Shown here piece after piece: positions 34,697 through 34,860 of a DNA stretch of 34,860 nt; positions within the stretch are counted from its first letter, which is position 1, and every line of letters begins with the position of its first letter. The notes under the pieces were generated by a model. That model saw only the letters and a program-made list of their open reading frames with translations. It was not told where the DNA came from and ran no database searches. Both the position numbers and the translations under genes were made by a program. This DNA comes from Candidatus Zhuqueibacterota bacterium (GTDB lineage Bacteria > Zhuqueibacterota > Zhuqueibacteria > Oceanimicrobiales > Oceanimicrobiaceae), in the NCBI GenBank assembly GCA_011775825.1, contig JAABYK010000262.1, positions 31,523 through 66,382 of the forward strand, written 5' to 3'.

Positions 34697-34860
34697 GGGC
34701 TTGCCCAAAAAGATCTGTTGTTTTAAATGGAAAGCTGACCGAGAACCTTCTCCTCCGCTCAGCGCAGAGTTAGCTCAACGTTTTGCACAAGGAGTTCCTC
34801 AGCTTTTTTCCACAAGCCTTCCTGAAACATATTTATGCAACACACTTGAAATAAGCGTCT

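Noticed and set aside
34759-34860. Open minus-strand frame reaching the window end (…MFQEGLWKKAEELLVQNVELTLR-stop, TGA at 34761-34759)
   Set aside because: It is possibly the 3' end of a convergent gene. Only 33 codons are visible and there is no recognisable motif, so it is too little to call as a feature.

Overview
Bacterial chromosomal window with no rRNA, no CRISPR array and no intact mobile element. All calls are made by eye from the ORF track and my own translations. Family names rest on remembered motifs, not searches.

Left part (1-21.9 kb): an unbroken minus-strand housekeeping block.
- rpoB (5' part, runs off the window) <- rplL <- rplJ <- rplA <- rplK <- nusG <- secE <- tRNA-Trp <- rpmG (49 aa, below the ORF-track cutoff) <- tRNA-Thr(GGT) <- tRNA-Gly <- tRNA-Tyr <- tRNA-Thr(TGT).
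- Then cysS, gltX, ispF, ispD, queA, ruvB, ruvA, ruvC, yebC and a SPOR lipoprotein.
- Then a TetR-headed beta-oxidation/ETF operon: TetR, fused enoyl-CoA hydratase/3-hydroxyacyl-CoA dehydrogenase, long acyl-CoA dehydrogenase, small secreted ORF, etfB, etfA.

Boundary (about 21.9-22.4 kb): a decayed zone holding a 45-codon AAA+ ATPase N-terminal remnant, hairpin repeats and an operator-like palindrome.

Right part (22.4-34.9 kb): mostly plus-strand accessory genes.
- AraC-HTH/MGMT (Ada-like) protein, tiny NrtS-like membrane protein, group II PLP decarboxylase.
- Fn3 + 7-blade Ycf48-like lipoprotein.
- Truncated AlbA_2 protein, disrupted SEC-C/HEAT gene, DUF4870 membrane protein.
- SDR, flavin monooxygenase and an internally deleted paraoxonase-like remnant.
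- A small ORF, a membrane protein, an exported acetamidase/formamidase-family lipoprotein and a Tat-signal TRAP solute-binding protein.

Most noteworthy:
1. The SEC-C gene needs read-through of one TGA plus a -1 shift on an A9 run to encode its zinc-binding tail.
2. The SDR-FMO-lactonase-remnant module.
3. A 15-bp tandem repeat that triplicates the rplL stop codon.
4. A Lys-rich N-terminal extension on L7/L12.
5. A FadR-box-like palindrome.

I see no convincing complete novel multi-gene system. The candidates below are hypotheses.
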